From: Paraspadella gotoi
Lineage: Eukaryota; Animalia; Chaetognatha
DNA: 64,000 nt
NCBI GenBank assembly: GCA_051294375.1
Contig: JBJCIZ010000239.1
Coordinates: 1,444,581 to 1,508,580, forward strand
Direction: 5' to 3'
In this document: one piece after another, positions 13,301-24,988 of the stretch
Position numbering within the stretch: the stretch's first letter is position 1
Layout of the letters: every line of letters starts with the position of its first letter
Position numbers and translations under genes: made by a program
Notes under the pieces: generated by a model
Told to the model about the DNA's origin: nothing
What the model saw: only the letters and a program-made list of their open reading frames with translations
Database searches by the model: none

Positions 13301-16300
13301 NNNNNNNNNNNNNNNNNNAGGCTCAGGAGATTTGAAGTACTGATCTTCCTGAGGTATTTGAGAATTTCATCCACGTTTAGGGCTAAATCTAGTTGATTAG
13401 TATTTGTTTCTGTATTTAAGGATATTTCATTCCTATTTTCTAATTCATTCTTGGAAAAACTAAGTGTTGTAGTTTCATTAAAAGGCTCAGAAGATTTGAA
13501 GTACTGATCTTCCTGAGAAATTTTAAAATTTTCATCCATGTTTGGTCTAAATCTAGTTGCTCAGTATTTGTTTTGTATTTAAAGATATTTGATTCTATTT
13601 TCTAAGTCATTCTTGGAAAAACTAAGTGTTGTCGTTTCATTAAAAGGCTCAGGAGATTTGAAGTACTGATCTTCCTGAGGTATTTGAGAATTTTCATCCA
13701 CGTTTAGGGCTAAATCTATTGATTAGTATTTGTTTCTGTATTTAAGGATATTTCATTCCTATTTTCTAAGTCATTCTTGGAAAAACTAAGTGTTGTGGTT
13801 TCATTAAAAGGCTCAGGAGATTTGAAGTACTGATCTTTCTGAGGAATTTTAAAATTTTCATCCATGTTTGGTGCTAAATCTAATTTCTCAGTATTTGTTT
13901 TTGTATTTAAAGATATTTCATTTCTATTTTCCAAGTCATTCTTGGAAAAAATAAGTGCTGTAGTTCATTAAAAGGCTCAGGAGATTTGAAGTACTGATCT
14001 TTCTGAGGAATTTTAAAATTTTCATCCATGTTTGGTGCTAAATCTAGTTTCTCAGTATTGTTTTTGTATTTAAAGATATTTCATTTCTATTTTCCAAGTC
14101 ATTCTTGGAAAAATAAATGCTGTAGTTTCATTAAAAGGCTCGGAGATTTGAAGTACTGATCTTTCTGAGGAATTTTAAAATTTTCATCCATGTTGGTGCT
14201 AAATCTAGATTTTCAGTATTTGTTTTTGTATTTAAAGATATTTCATTTCTATTTTCCATGTCATTCTTGGAAAAAATAAGTGCTGTAGTTTCATTAAAAG
14301 GCTCAGGAGATTTGAAGTACTGATCTTCCTGAGGTATTTGAGAACTTTCATCCATGTTTAGGGCTAAATCAAGTTGATTGGTATTTGTTTCTGTATTTAA
14401 AGATATTTCATTCCTATTTTCTAAGTCATTCTTGGACAAACTAATGATGTAGTTTCATTAAAAGGTTCGGGAGATTTCATGTACTGATCGTTCCTTAGGT
14501 AACGTGAAATACATTTCTTTTGTAGTAGTTTTGTGGCAAATCTGATGTAGTAATAATGCCAAAGATTTCATTTGTTGTTATCGGTGCACCCTCAAGATTT
14601 TGCTTTTTCTCTTCTACCTGAAACAAATTTTCATTCACATTTTTCATCTCAGTATTGGAATAATTAGTTGTCAATGGCATATTTACATTTCCATTATCAA
14701 TTTTAGCATCTGTGATATCATTTAACTCTTTCTCTTGCACAAAATTATTTACATCTAATTCATTGATGATTGGGTCAAACTTTAATCATCTGATCCATCA
14801 TTAACTGATGTGAAATGCATTTCTTCTGTTGTGGATTTTGGCAAATCTGATATTGTATCAATGCCAAATGTCTCCTTTGCTGGTATGTGTGCATTTCCAG
14901 TAGTCCATTTAGGAATCGACTTTTCATTAACATCTTCCATCTCAATGCCACTAAATTTTATTGTTTCATAATCATTAGGAACTTCTGTGATATGTTCTTG
15001 TATATCCCTATTTACATTATATTCTGTAAAAATGTTACTATTGTCAATGTCTGCAGTAATCTTTGATGTTTCTGCATTTTCGATTGGAGAAGAAACATCT
15101 GTGCTCTGATTGTATTGCATAACATCTTCTTTTAAATAATTTCGATCGTCATTTGAAAAATATTCTTCATTATTTAACTGTGGGGTTGGATAACTGGGCT
15201 CATTCTCGAAATTAATTATACCTTCATCTAAAATCTTTTTTGTTTCTAGCGGATATGGACTTTTTAATGGTTCTAATGGTTTTCCATTCACTACATACTC
15301 AAAAGATTGTTCATTTACGTCACTTTCACTTACATCTTGATTTAAATACGAAAATGATTCAGGATTGGTCGCTTCATTCATTGAGAAATTCACGGTCATC
15401 TCCTGATCTGTTATCGGAGCTTCATAGCAAAATCGTTTTGTTTGTTCTGGGGAGACACTATTGATACGCTTGACCAAAGATTTTCTCTATTGTCTATATC
15501 TGAGCTGTTGCCAAATATTCAGAATAGTTGTCCTCTTTTTTAGCATTCACGTCATCAATAAATTATTTGCACTCGAGTCTCGAGATTCATAGAAGTTTTC
15601 CAAATAATCACTGACTAATTCAGGTTTTTGGGTCACTCTCAACAGTTTTATTAACTTCTTCATTAGTTTCATCAGTCGTAATGTTCAGTTCTTCCATCTG
15701 AACATCGTCTTTAAAGTTGTCATGCAAATAGTTTATTTGCAAATCATTATTTACAACTTCCAGCCGTTGATCACTGTCAACAGGCGCTTCAACGGTTGAC
15801 CGATCGCCTTCCAAAAAAGCCTGTTTCATTTCTAAACCCTCATTTTGAGAAATAAGCTCTGTCGAATCTCCCAACGAAACATCCAGCGAATCATTCTCGT
15901 CTCCTTTCAAAGACGAAATCGATTCTCTGCTTTTCTTGGCGCCGTTTCGTGATTTGATCACGATTTTCTTTCTTTTCTGTCCGGACGGTTTTTCCTCCGA
16001 TCCCGCGTCGCTGCTCGTTCGTGAAATCGCGGACCATCGCGGTCAGCAATCTCGTCTCAGCTTCGATGGATTCTCTCGACGGAATATCAACGTCCTTCAA
16101 GGCGAAATCTATTTCCGACGACAATCGCTCTTCCATCCGACTCTCGCCATCCGCATCCTTGCTCATTTTGACATCCTCGAAATTGTCTTCACGATCGGCC
16201 AAGTTTTCGAATCGATTTCAACCTCCCTCCGTTCACGCTCTTTCCTTCGAAGTCTAATTTTCTAATTTGCGATTCGGATATGGATAATTCGGACGACAAG

Positions 16301-19300
16301 CTCTCGTGCTTGGCCGTGGTAGCATCAAATGATTCGCTCTCTAGCACAATTTCTTCTTTTTGATCCGGGGCTTCGTTAATTATCGGCTCCATGGTGATAT
16401 TAGAAACGTCAGCGTCGATGTCGGGTAACTTTTCTTCGCTATTCTTAAAGAGTGAAGTAAGTTTTTGAAAGGGAGACCAGTTTTACTTTCAACGGCAGCG
16501 ACATCTACGTCGATTGAGTTTTCAACAGCAGCGACATCTACGTTAATCGAGTTTCCTTCTGTTTCTTCTCCTCCGACTTATTTGAGGAGGAGGAAGAGGA
16601 GGAAGAGGAAGAGAGGAAGAGAAGAAAGGAGGAGCTAGAACTCCGACTGTGCTTACTTCCTTTGTCCTTCTTCTTCGGAGACGAGCTGTCGGCCGTTTCG
16701 AGTCCTTTGTCATCTCCTAAATTGACGGATTTGTCAGCGTCGACGTTCGTGGCCGTCATGCTGATCTTCGAGACGTCGGCCTTCAACTCTGGCAACTTTT
16801 CGTCGCTGCCTTTGAAGAGCGACGCCAATTTTTTGATTGGTGACGATTCCGTGGAGCTTTCCAGAGCTTGGTCCGCGGTGCTTGCTTTGTTTTCCTTTTC
16901 GGTGCTTGCTTTGTTTTCCTTTTCCGCGTCTTCGATTCCCAATTCCATCTTTTCTTCCGTTTGATCTTTGTTTTCTGGTTTTTCATTTTCTCCCTTCTGT
17001 GTTTTGTCTTCGATTTCTTTTTCTAATTTTTCTTCTGTTTTGTCTGTTTTTTCTGATTTGTCTTTTTCTGTTTTGTCTATTTCTCTTCGGAAGTTTTGTC
17101 CTTGTTTTCTCCTAAATCACTGACCTTCGTTTCTTCCTTCTTTTCTGTTTTTTCCTCTGTTTTGTCTTTCTTCTCCTCCGTTTTTTTTTCTTCTTCAATG
17201 TTGACGGCAACTCCGGAATCGTCTTGGGCTTGCTCCGTTTAACCATGCTCGGGGGAGTGACATGTACCTTTCAAAAAATTGATAAGTTATATAACTGATA
17301 TAAAAGTCATGGTTCTATGCAAGGAGAAAGCAATGTTCCTCTTGTCTTGGGAGATGAAAAAATTATTAATAAACATGATAATAATACTTGATATTAATAA
17401 ATCATTAAATGATTAATAAATTCTTTTCGTTGAGTTTTGAATATAGAGAAAACAATTTTTTTCCCTATAAAAAATCTCTCTTTGTAAACAAATAAAACTT
17501 TGTTTTCTCCAAAGATGAATTAATTAATAAAATAATAAATAATTATTAATATCAAACGTCCTCACTTTTTAAATTTGGACGCGTGTTCGTCCTTCTTATC
17601 TTTATCTTCCGCCATCTTGGCAAACGCCGCACGCGCGAACGGCGACCGCGGCAGCGTCTCGAGGCTGACGCCTTCGCCGCCTCCGCCGCCTCCGCCGCCT
17701 TCTTCGCTTCCGCCTCCTTCTTCGCTTCCGCCTCTTCCGGCGCCAACGAATCCGGCGCCATCCCCGGATGTTCGGCGAACATCTGAGCGGCGAAGAATTT
17801 GGCGGCGGCGTCCGCTGCGTTTTCCGGCTCTTTCTTAATCCCGGTCATTTTGCCGAGTTTGTTGCCGAAGCTTTGAAGGATTTCTTCTTCTTGACGTCGG
17901 CGTCGGCCGGGGCGGCGGCGGCGCCCTCGTCGACGTCGTGGAGTCCGCCTTTGTTGACGGAAGTCTTGGAGGCGGCCTTGGAGATGCCCTTGGAGATCTT
18001 GCCGAAGAGGCCCTTCTTTTTTTTCTTCTTGGCTGGACGCGTGGAAATGTTTATATTGAATGTTGATGATAAAATAAATTTAAAAAAAAAAAGGTAATTA
18101 GTGACCAAAAAAAAAATATAGACAAGAAGAAACGAAAAAAAAAGGAAACATTTAGTATATTATAAAAAAATAAACGATTGTTAAAACGAATTTAAAAAAA
18201 ATTTATTAGAATTAAACTTTGTTTTCGTTGTATTTTGAATTGAGAGAAAACAAAACAAAAACAACGATTTTATTTAGTAAAAGCGTTATTCTCGATTCTT
18301 TATTCTTTTTCTTCAATCGGTGAACGTTAAAGTCTGTTAAAAGAAGAATCGAAATATTGTACGCTTTCAGTAAATACAATAGTCCTTTGAAACGGATAAA
18401 AAATTTTTCTCTAAAATATCGATTAAATAAATGCGCTAATTAACATCGACGAAACAAAAAGATCCACAAAACAAAAAAGGCTAACATAATTGAGCTAAAG
18501 AAAAAGGCCCACCTCCGGATTCGTCGAGCGAATTCAAAGTCTCGATCGAATTCGTGGAATGCATCGACTTGGCGATCGAAGATCGACGATCGTCCTTCGA
18601 GGCTGAAAGAAAAAAACAAAAGAAAATAATTACAATGTGTAACTGTAAAAACATTGACAACGGACGCAAAAATCAAATTAGCTAAACGTGGAAAGACGGA
18701 AGATAATATAAATCAGCTACTAATGATCATTGAATTTACTATGAGAAAACGAAACCAGAAATGTTTAAAATACTATGTATACTATTTATATTCTTATACT
18801 ATTCGCCAAAGACTATACGTCTTAACCCATCGGGCAGGATAGCTTATTCATTGAATGAATGGATAATTTTCATATTGGTTGTACCAATTTCAACCAACAT
18901 AAACGAAAACTATAATTACATTTGTATATAAATCTACCCCTTGGACTGAATTTTTTTCTTCGAGTAAAGTTAATTAGAATACATTCCTTGTAAAATAGGA
19001 CCTCACATCCGGTTTCGTGCTTACAAGCATTAAATGGAACGCTTAGTGTTACGAAATTTCGTGAAAATTCTAAGGATTTTCAGACGAAAAAAAAAACCTG
19101 TTTTTTTTTCGGCTTAGAATCTTAATCGCGGTTTTTCGGTTGTTTTTTTTTTTTCAAATTGGCGTCATCTCTATTATACGCTCTTAGAATATAGTTTTAG
19201 GTTGTTTTTTTTGTTAATGAAACTACAACACTTAGTTTTTCCAAGAATGACTTGGAAAATAGAAAGGAACTATCTTTAAATACAGAAACAAATACTAATC

Positions 19301-22300
19301 AACTCGATTTAGCCCCAAACATGGATGAAAATTATTTCCCGCCTCAAGGTGGTCAGAATCAAAACGATAATGAAGTGAATAATTTCAAATCAGATAATGA
19401 CCTTGTTCTGCCAAATGAATATATATCATCTGAAATAACAACTAATTCTGAATTAGATGATAAACTTAAGGGTCAAAATGAATATGAGCTTAAATCTCAT
19501 GAACCCTTCAATGTATTCATGATACCTAATTTGTCTAGTAATGGGTTTCAACAAACAAATGAAACATCTTTAACTAGAGATACAAATTTTGCTAACCTCG
19601 AATCTGCTCCAAGTATGCAAACAAATTTTTCAATGACTCAAGAAAATAATTATATTTGTAATGATGAAAATGATTTAAAAACAGTCGATTCCCTACATTT
19701 CCAAAATGTGTACAATAATGAACCTTACAAAACAACTACAATACCTAGTTTGTTGACCAATGCAGATTCGTGTGAAACATCTTTAAATATAAATACTAAT
19801 GAGCAAGACTTTTTACAAAAGCCTGAAAACAAGACATCTGAAGAAGGTATAATACCTGATTTGTCTGATATTTCAATGAACGAAAGTACTGATAAACAGT
19901 TTACATCAGATACAAATGAAAATGCTGAAGTTGTCCAAAAATTACAGTACCAAACCGATCATTATATAAATAATTTTACTTCAAACAAGAGTGATGAAAA
20001 ATACAATGAAGCAGCCCATACGCCATCAGAATTCACTATCAATCAAAGTAATACTGCACTAGAAACGACTGAAAACTTCGGCATGGATGAAAAAAATTAT
20101 CACTCTGATTCATTTATTAATAATCAACCAACAGATTATCAAGGTCATGGAATAAATATTAAACATGAGGATGAATCATCATTTAAAGATGCCGATAACA
20201 CCATAAATATCAAAACTGACGATATGCCCTATATGATTAATCATTCAGCTGGTAATCAAAATTATGATTTTATGACTGAAAATAAAGAGCCAGAAAGTTT
20301 TGTAGGAGCTGAAAATTCTTTTCAAATTAATAATGGTTATGCATTTGGTGGCACGGAATTGAAGAATGAAATAGAAAGTAATAGTGATGAAAAGAGAATC
20401 CCAGAACATGCAGTTTCTCCATCACAAGTATTTTCCTGGAATGAAACAAACAACATTCCTCACGAGTACAAACCAGTTGAGAATGTGAATGTATTTGAAT
20501 CTACCAATAATGATAAAACTACTGAAACTAAATTAGATACCTTTATCAGGAGTAATGATGAAAACCGTTTTAATTATGAAATAGAAACAGCTGTTGAATG
20601 CACAGAAAACATCAACGAGATTAATCTGAATGAAATTCAAGATGCAAATGATGAAAGTTCTGATACAACCATGAATCAGAATTCACAAGATTACCAGCAA
20701 CATAATATTATTTTTGAAAAAATAGATGAAAATAAAGTGTTTGAAAGTTCTGGCGAAAGTAATTCACACCCAAAATTCGGCAAAAGTTCTAAGATTAGTC
20801 TAACATCATCAGAGGAAATTAGAAATACTTGGGAAATGGTTATGACCCCAGCATCATCAGAAGAATTCCAATATAATTGGGAAATAATTCAAAGGGAAGA
20901 AATTGCGGAGTTGGAAAAATATTTTCAGCAAAAGACAGAATCAATAACCGAAAAATCCATGGAAACTGAGAGGACAGAGCAAAACTCAAATGAGGAACTA
21001 AAATTGAACCAATCAGATATTCCAGATATTTCCATTGGCCGAGAAAAAGATAAAATTGACGATCAATCTTTCGATGAAATGGAAAGAACTGAGCAATGGG
21101 TACAGGACAATGAGACACAGAGTCAAGAGGAAGAAGAGCATTATGAAGAGTACACTGATGAGGTATCCTTTAAAATAGTTCAGGAGGTTTCATCCGATGG
21201 ATCGGTAAATTATCGCATAATTCACGACAACGCTGAATCAGAAGTTCCAGTAAATGTAATTTCTGAGGAAGTTAAACAGGTTTTTTCTCCACGATCCTCC
21301 ATATCCCAGGGTGATTTGCCGAAAAACGTTTTTGCTTTTGAAACTGATGGAACTAGTAAATCAAAAGAGACATTAACCTCGGGAGGAAAAATTGAAAATG
21401 TCGATGAAGTTGCTGATGAAGCTTTGAGTTATGTTAGTTGCGATAGCAGCCAAGATGATTTTCAGACTCCAGTTGAGCAATCAGAAAATGAAGAATTCAG
21501 TGACCCAAATGATTTTAAAAAAGAAATATCCGTGAAAAAAGAGCTTTTTACAATAAAATACGATGATTATGCGCAGGTTAATGGCTTTGTAAATGAAGAA
21601 AGCACCATTAATACAGCGGAGTGTAAAAATTCAGTTGATGAACAGAAACATACTTCAGAAAGTAATATAACTATGGTTCATGAAATCGAATCCCAAAAAC
21701 CTGAAAATATTGTAACAAATAATGATTTTATTAAGAGTGATGAAACATTTGAAAGCAAAACATCAGTTCAAAATGAATTTGATTCCTTTAAGGATCTAAA
21801 ACAAAATATGGAAGATGTGGTACAGCTTCAGCCAGATTTATCAGAAGATACTGAAGAGATTCAAATCAATATCAAGAATGATGTAGAACTTAGAAAAGAT
21901 CATAACTTATTTGAGAATGTTGACTCAAAAAATGATGCAGTTAATGTTCAAACTATTGAGACTCCTGTAGACTTTGTTGGCTTTATTGAGACTCAGCCAA
22001 AGTTGGTAGAAATAGTGGAAAAAAATCCCCGCTTTAATTCTCAACCTATGTCTACTTCTTTATCCCTACAGTCTGATGATTTTGATTTGACTTCTAGCTT
22101 TTCTAAAGAAAATTTACAAAATGAAATAACCACCTATGCTGGGGAAGTCAACAAAGAAAATGATACGCCTGCGGTAGAATCAATTAAAAATACTTCCGTT
22201 CCTGATCATGTTACTTTTTACTATTTTGAAAATTCTTCTGAAGAGCAAACCACTACTCTTCCAATTGATGAAAGCAAAGCTCATGGTGAAAGTTCAATTG

Positions 22301-24336
22301 ATGCTAATAGGGAAAGGAAAGAAACAGTGTTACAGCATGACATATTGCTTAATGAAGCCACAAATTTACAAAATGATTCTAAGACACAAAACCTAGATCT
22401 GGATGCTAATAACCCTTCAATTTCCATTCAAAATTATGAATTAGCCTATGAATCTGAATCAATTCCTTTGAACCAAAACACTTATTCAATTGGTGATGAC
22501 AAGACAGGAGAAAAGGTAATTTCTGATAAAAGTGAATTGGTTCAAAACAAAGCTGAAATGTTAAACGAAGTGAAAAAAATTGAAACTCAGGATTTGAGCA
22601 GTTCATATTCGGAAAATCAAAATTTGGTTCATGAAAAATTACCTCAAGATTACCGTGAAACCTTTTCAGTTAATTCTTCAGTAGTTACTGATAATGTTAC
22701 TGATGACATGACAGGAGAAAATGTAATTTCTGATAAAAGTGAATTGGTTCAAAACAAAGCTGAAATATTTAACAAAGCGGAAAAAATTGAAACTCAGGAT
22801 TTGAGCAGTTCATATTCGGAAAATCTAAATTTGGTTCAAGAAAAATTACCTCAAGATTACCGTGAAACCTTTTCAGTTAATTCTTCAGTAGTTACTGATA
22901 ACGTTACTGATAACATGACAGGAGAAAATGTAATTTCTGATAAAAGTGAATTGGTTCAAAACAAAGCTGAAATATTTAACAAAGCGGAAAAAATTGAAAC
23001 TCAGGATTTGAGCAGTTCATATTCGGAAAATCAAAATTTGGTTCAAGAAAAATTACCTCAAGATTATCCTGAAACCTTTTCAGTTAATTCTTCAGTAGTT
23101 ACTGATAACGTCCAATTTAATAGTTCAACAAATGATTTAAATGATACTACAACATCTTACCGCAGTGAATTAGCTAATAGTTCCCTAGATATAAACGATA
23201 ACAGTAAACAATCATTATATTACGCAAGTGCAGAAAACTTAAACGTACCATCTTGGAGCCCCTTGCCAAGAACACAATCGATGGGCTTATCCCCCATCCG
23301 TGATGGGAGCCTGAGCCCATTCTTCCCAAAATATTCTCGAGATGTGGAACCTATTTCTTTCAAGTTTGATGCCGATGCGACCCCAGAAGATATTGAGCAA
23401 CATTTAGACAGATCAATGACAGAAATTGCTAATAGAAAGAAAAGACAGAGGGAAGACTTTGCCATTCATCTTAAAGGACTGCGGGAGGCCAGAGAAATCG
23501 AGGATCCTTATAAAAAGATTTCCGTGATTCCCGACCAAAACACGGAAAAGATCGACAGCATTCTCAGTCAGATTCGACAAGCTAAAATGCTCAAGCCAAA
23601 TTACACTGAAAAATCTTCGTTATTTGGTTTGTCTTCTCCGATACTATACACGGATGAGGACAAAATAAAAAGCAAAGTGAGTAAAATTAGCAGAGACATC
23701 AGCAATCTGTCCAGAGGAATTGCTTGTCCCGAAAGGGACACGAAGCACGGAAGGCAGAGAACGAGGAGCAGCTCCTTCCGAGACGATGGACAAATGTCTT
23801 CTTACTTTTCAAAAAGAGCCGACAGAAAAAAGAGCATTCTCAACGATCTCGACGACCAGTTGAGAAGCTTTCGTACTGATGAGTCCTCATCCAACACCTT
23901 CCCTCACTCACGGTCCACGGAATTTCTATTGGATGATGAAGATCCCGTATTTATTAATTCTGTTTTGGAGAGACAGCGAGCTCATGATGTCGTCAGAAGT
24001 GTTGATTCTTTCTATGAAACTGGAAAGATGGATATGCAGCTCGCAATGACCGTCGTAGAAAATGGGGCAGAAAATATAGCCAAGAATCTTTCCGAACAAG
24101 ATTCGGATTTTATAATTGCCAATTTTGATTTTAAAACCATGGCTGACGACTTGAAACAGAAGCAAGACGAAGAGGATAAAGCGAAGAAACAACTTCAGGA
24201 GAGGTACACGTATGTGTCTCCCAGAACGGATGCGGCTAAAGTCTTGCAACGGACCAACAGTCGTCAGGAAATTCGAAAATCGATCGATGCGGAGTTGAGA
24301 AGAGGAAGCAAAATGTACAGGAGCACCCGATTTTAA
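7326..24336 (+). CDS. Giant acidic, largely disordered protein (gene A, ~3,200 aa after removing the inverted duplication). Exons 7326-7329, 8110-8199, 8692-9160, then one very large terminal exon 9460-~13293 continuing at ~19214-24336
   Basis: ATGG|GTGAGT at 7326-7335. All splice phases join in frame (MASKDDRRSS...DESG|AKKKKKKGLFGK...SKFKK|YMSLPP). The 165-bp coding repeat that ends the 9464 ORF resumes at 19214 and runs into the 1694-aa ORF. No family recognised. Confidence 0.75.
12251..13293 (+). repeat. Coding tandem repeat, 165 bp / 55 aa (DQYFKSPEPFNETT...DLAPNMDENFKIP), about 7-8 copies
   Basis: GATCAGTAC anchors at 12251, 12416, 12581 and onward. Later copies carry single-base indels. 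Confidence 0.95.
13319..19212 (-). other. ~5.8-kb inverted duplicate of 7494-13293 (probable misassembly); contains a frameshifted copy of gene A exons 2-4
   Basis: Near-identical reverse complement differing mainly by scattered 1-bp indels. The axis is the 25-N gap at 13294-13318. Confidence 0.9.
22495..23110 (+). repeat. Coding tandem repeat, 207 bp / 69 aa, x3
   Basis: ACAGGAGAAA at 22504, 22711 and 22918. Peptide TGENVISDKSELVQNKAE...VVTDNV is repeated. Confidence 0.95.
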
Positions 24337-24988
24337 CAAAAAAATCATTGCGAACTATCACTATATTTTGATCTTTATTTTTTATCAAATGCTTTTGTGC
24401 TTTAAATGTATACACATTTACTAATCAGTATACCAGAAGGAACTGTAACTTAGCCGTCACTTATTCTGGTCAGAAAGTTTAGATCATATTTTTTTTTCTT
24501 TATATTTTAGATTGTACTCCGTTATTTCACAAAATAGTAGACCATTCATTTTATTTTCTGAGATAGCTTCCACAATTAATAACCAGCATAAAATAATGGT
24601 ATAATGGACAAATTGGTTTTCTGACTTTTTTTTTATTTCCTAACACTTTTCCTGTCCACGATAATTTTTTTTAATATACATTCGATGGTATTAAGGTATT
24701 TTGTGCTGTTGATGTGCCAAAGAGGGGATTTTCATTAAAAAAAAAAATCTAATTCAGATATTTTCCTGTTTCTAAAAATAGTACTAAATATTGAGCAGAT
24801 CAAAAAATATTATGCAATTGCCGTTTATTTTCAAAGTAATAATTTCATTATTATTAATATTTCATTATTACCTTGCAGTAAATACTAAAAAAAAGGATCA
24901 ATCAAAAAACAAAAACAAAAAAAAAAAACAATCATCCTTTGATGAATTCTTCCGAGGACAATCTTCGTCATTTACATTTACCCTGGAA

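Noticed and set aside
12251-14480. Regular repeats resembling a CRISPR array
   Set aside because: The whole 165-bp unit repeats with no unique spacers, it is protein-coding, and the context is eukaryotic with no cas genes.
13319-19212. Minus-strand ORFs as a separate paralogue or pseudogene of gene A
   Set aside because: They are fragments of the inverted copy broken by 1-bp indels, best explained as an assembly artefact.
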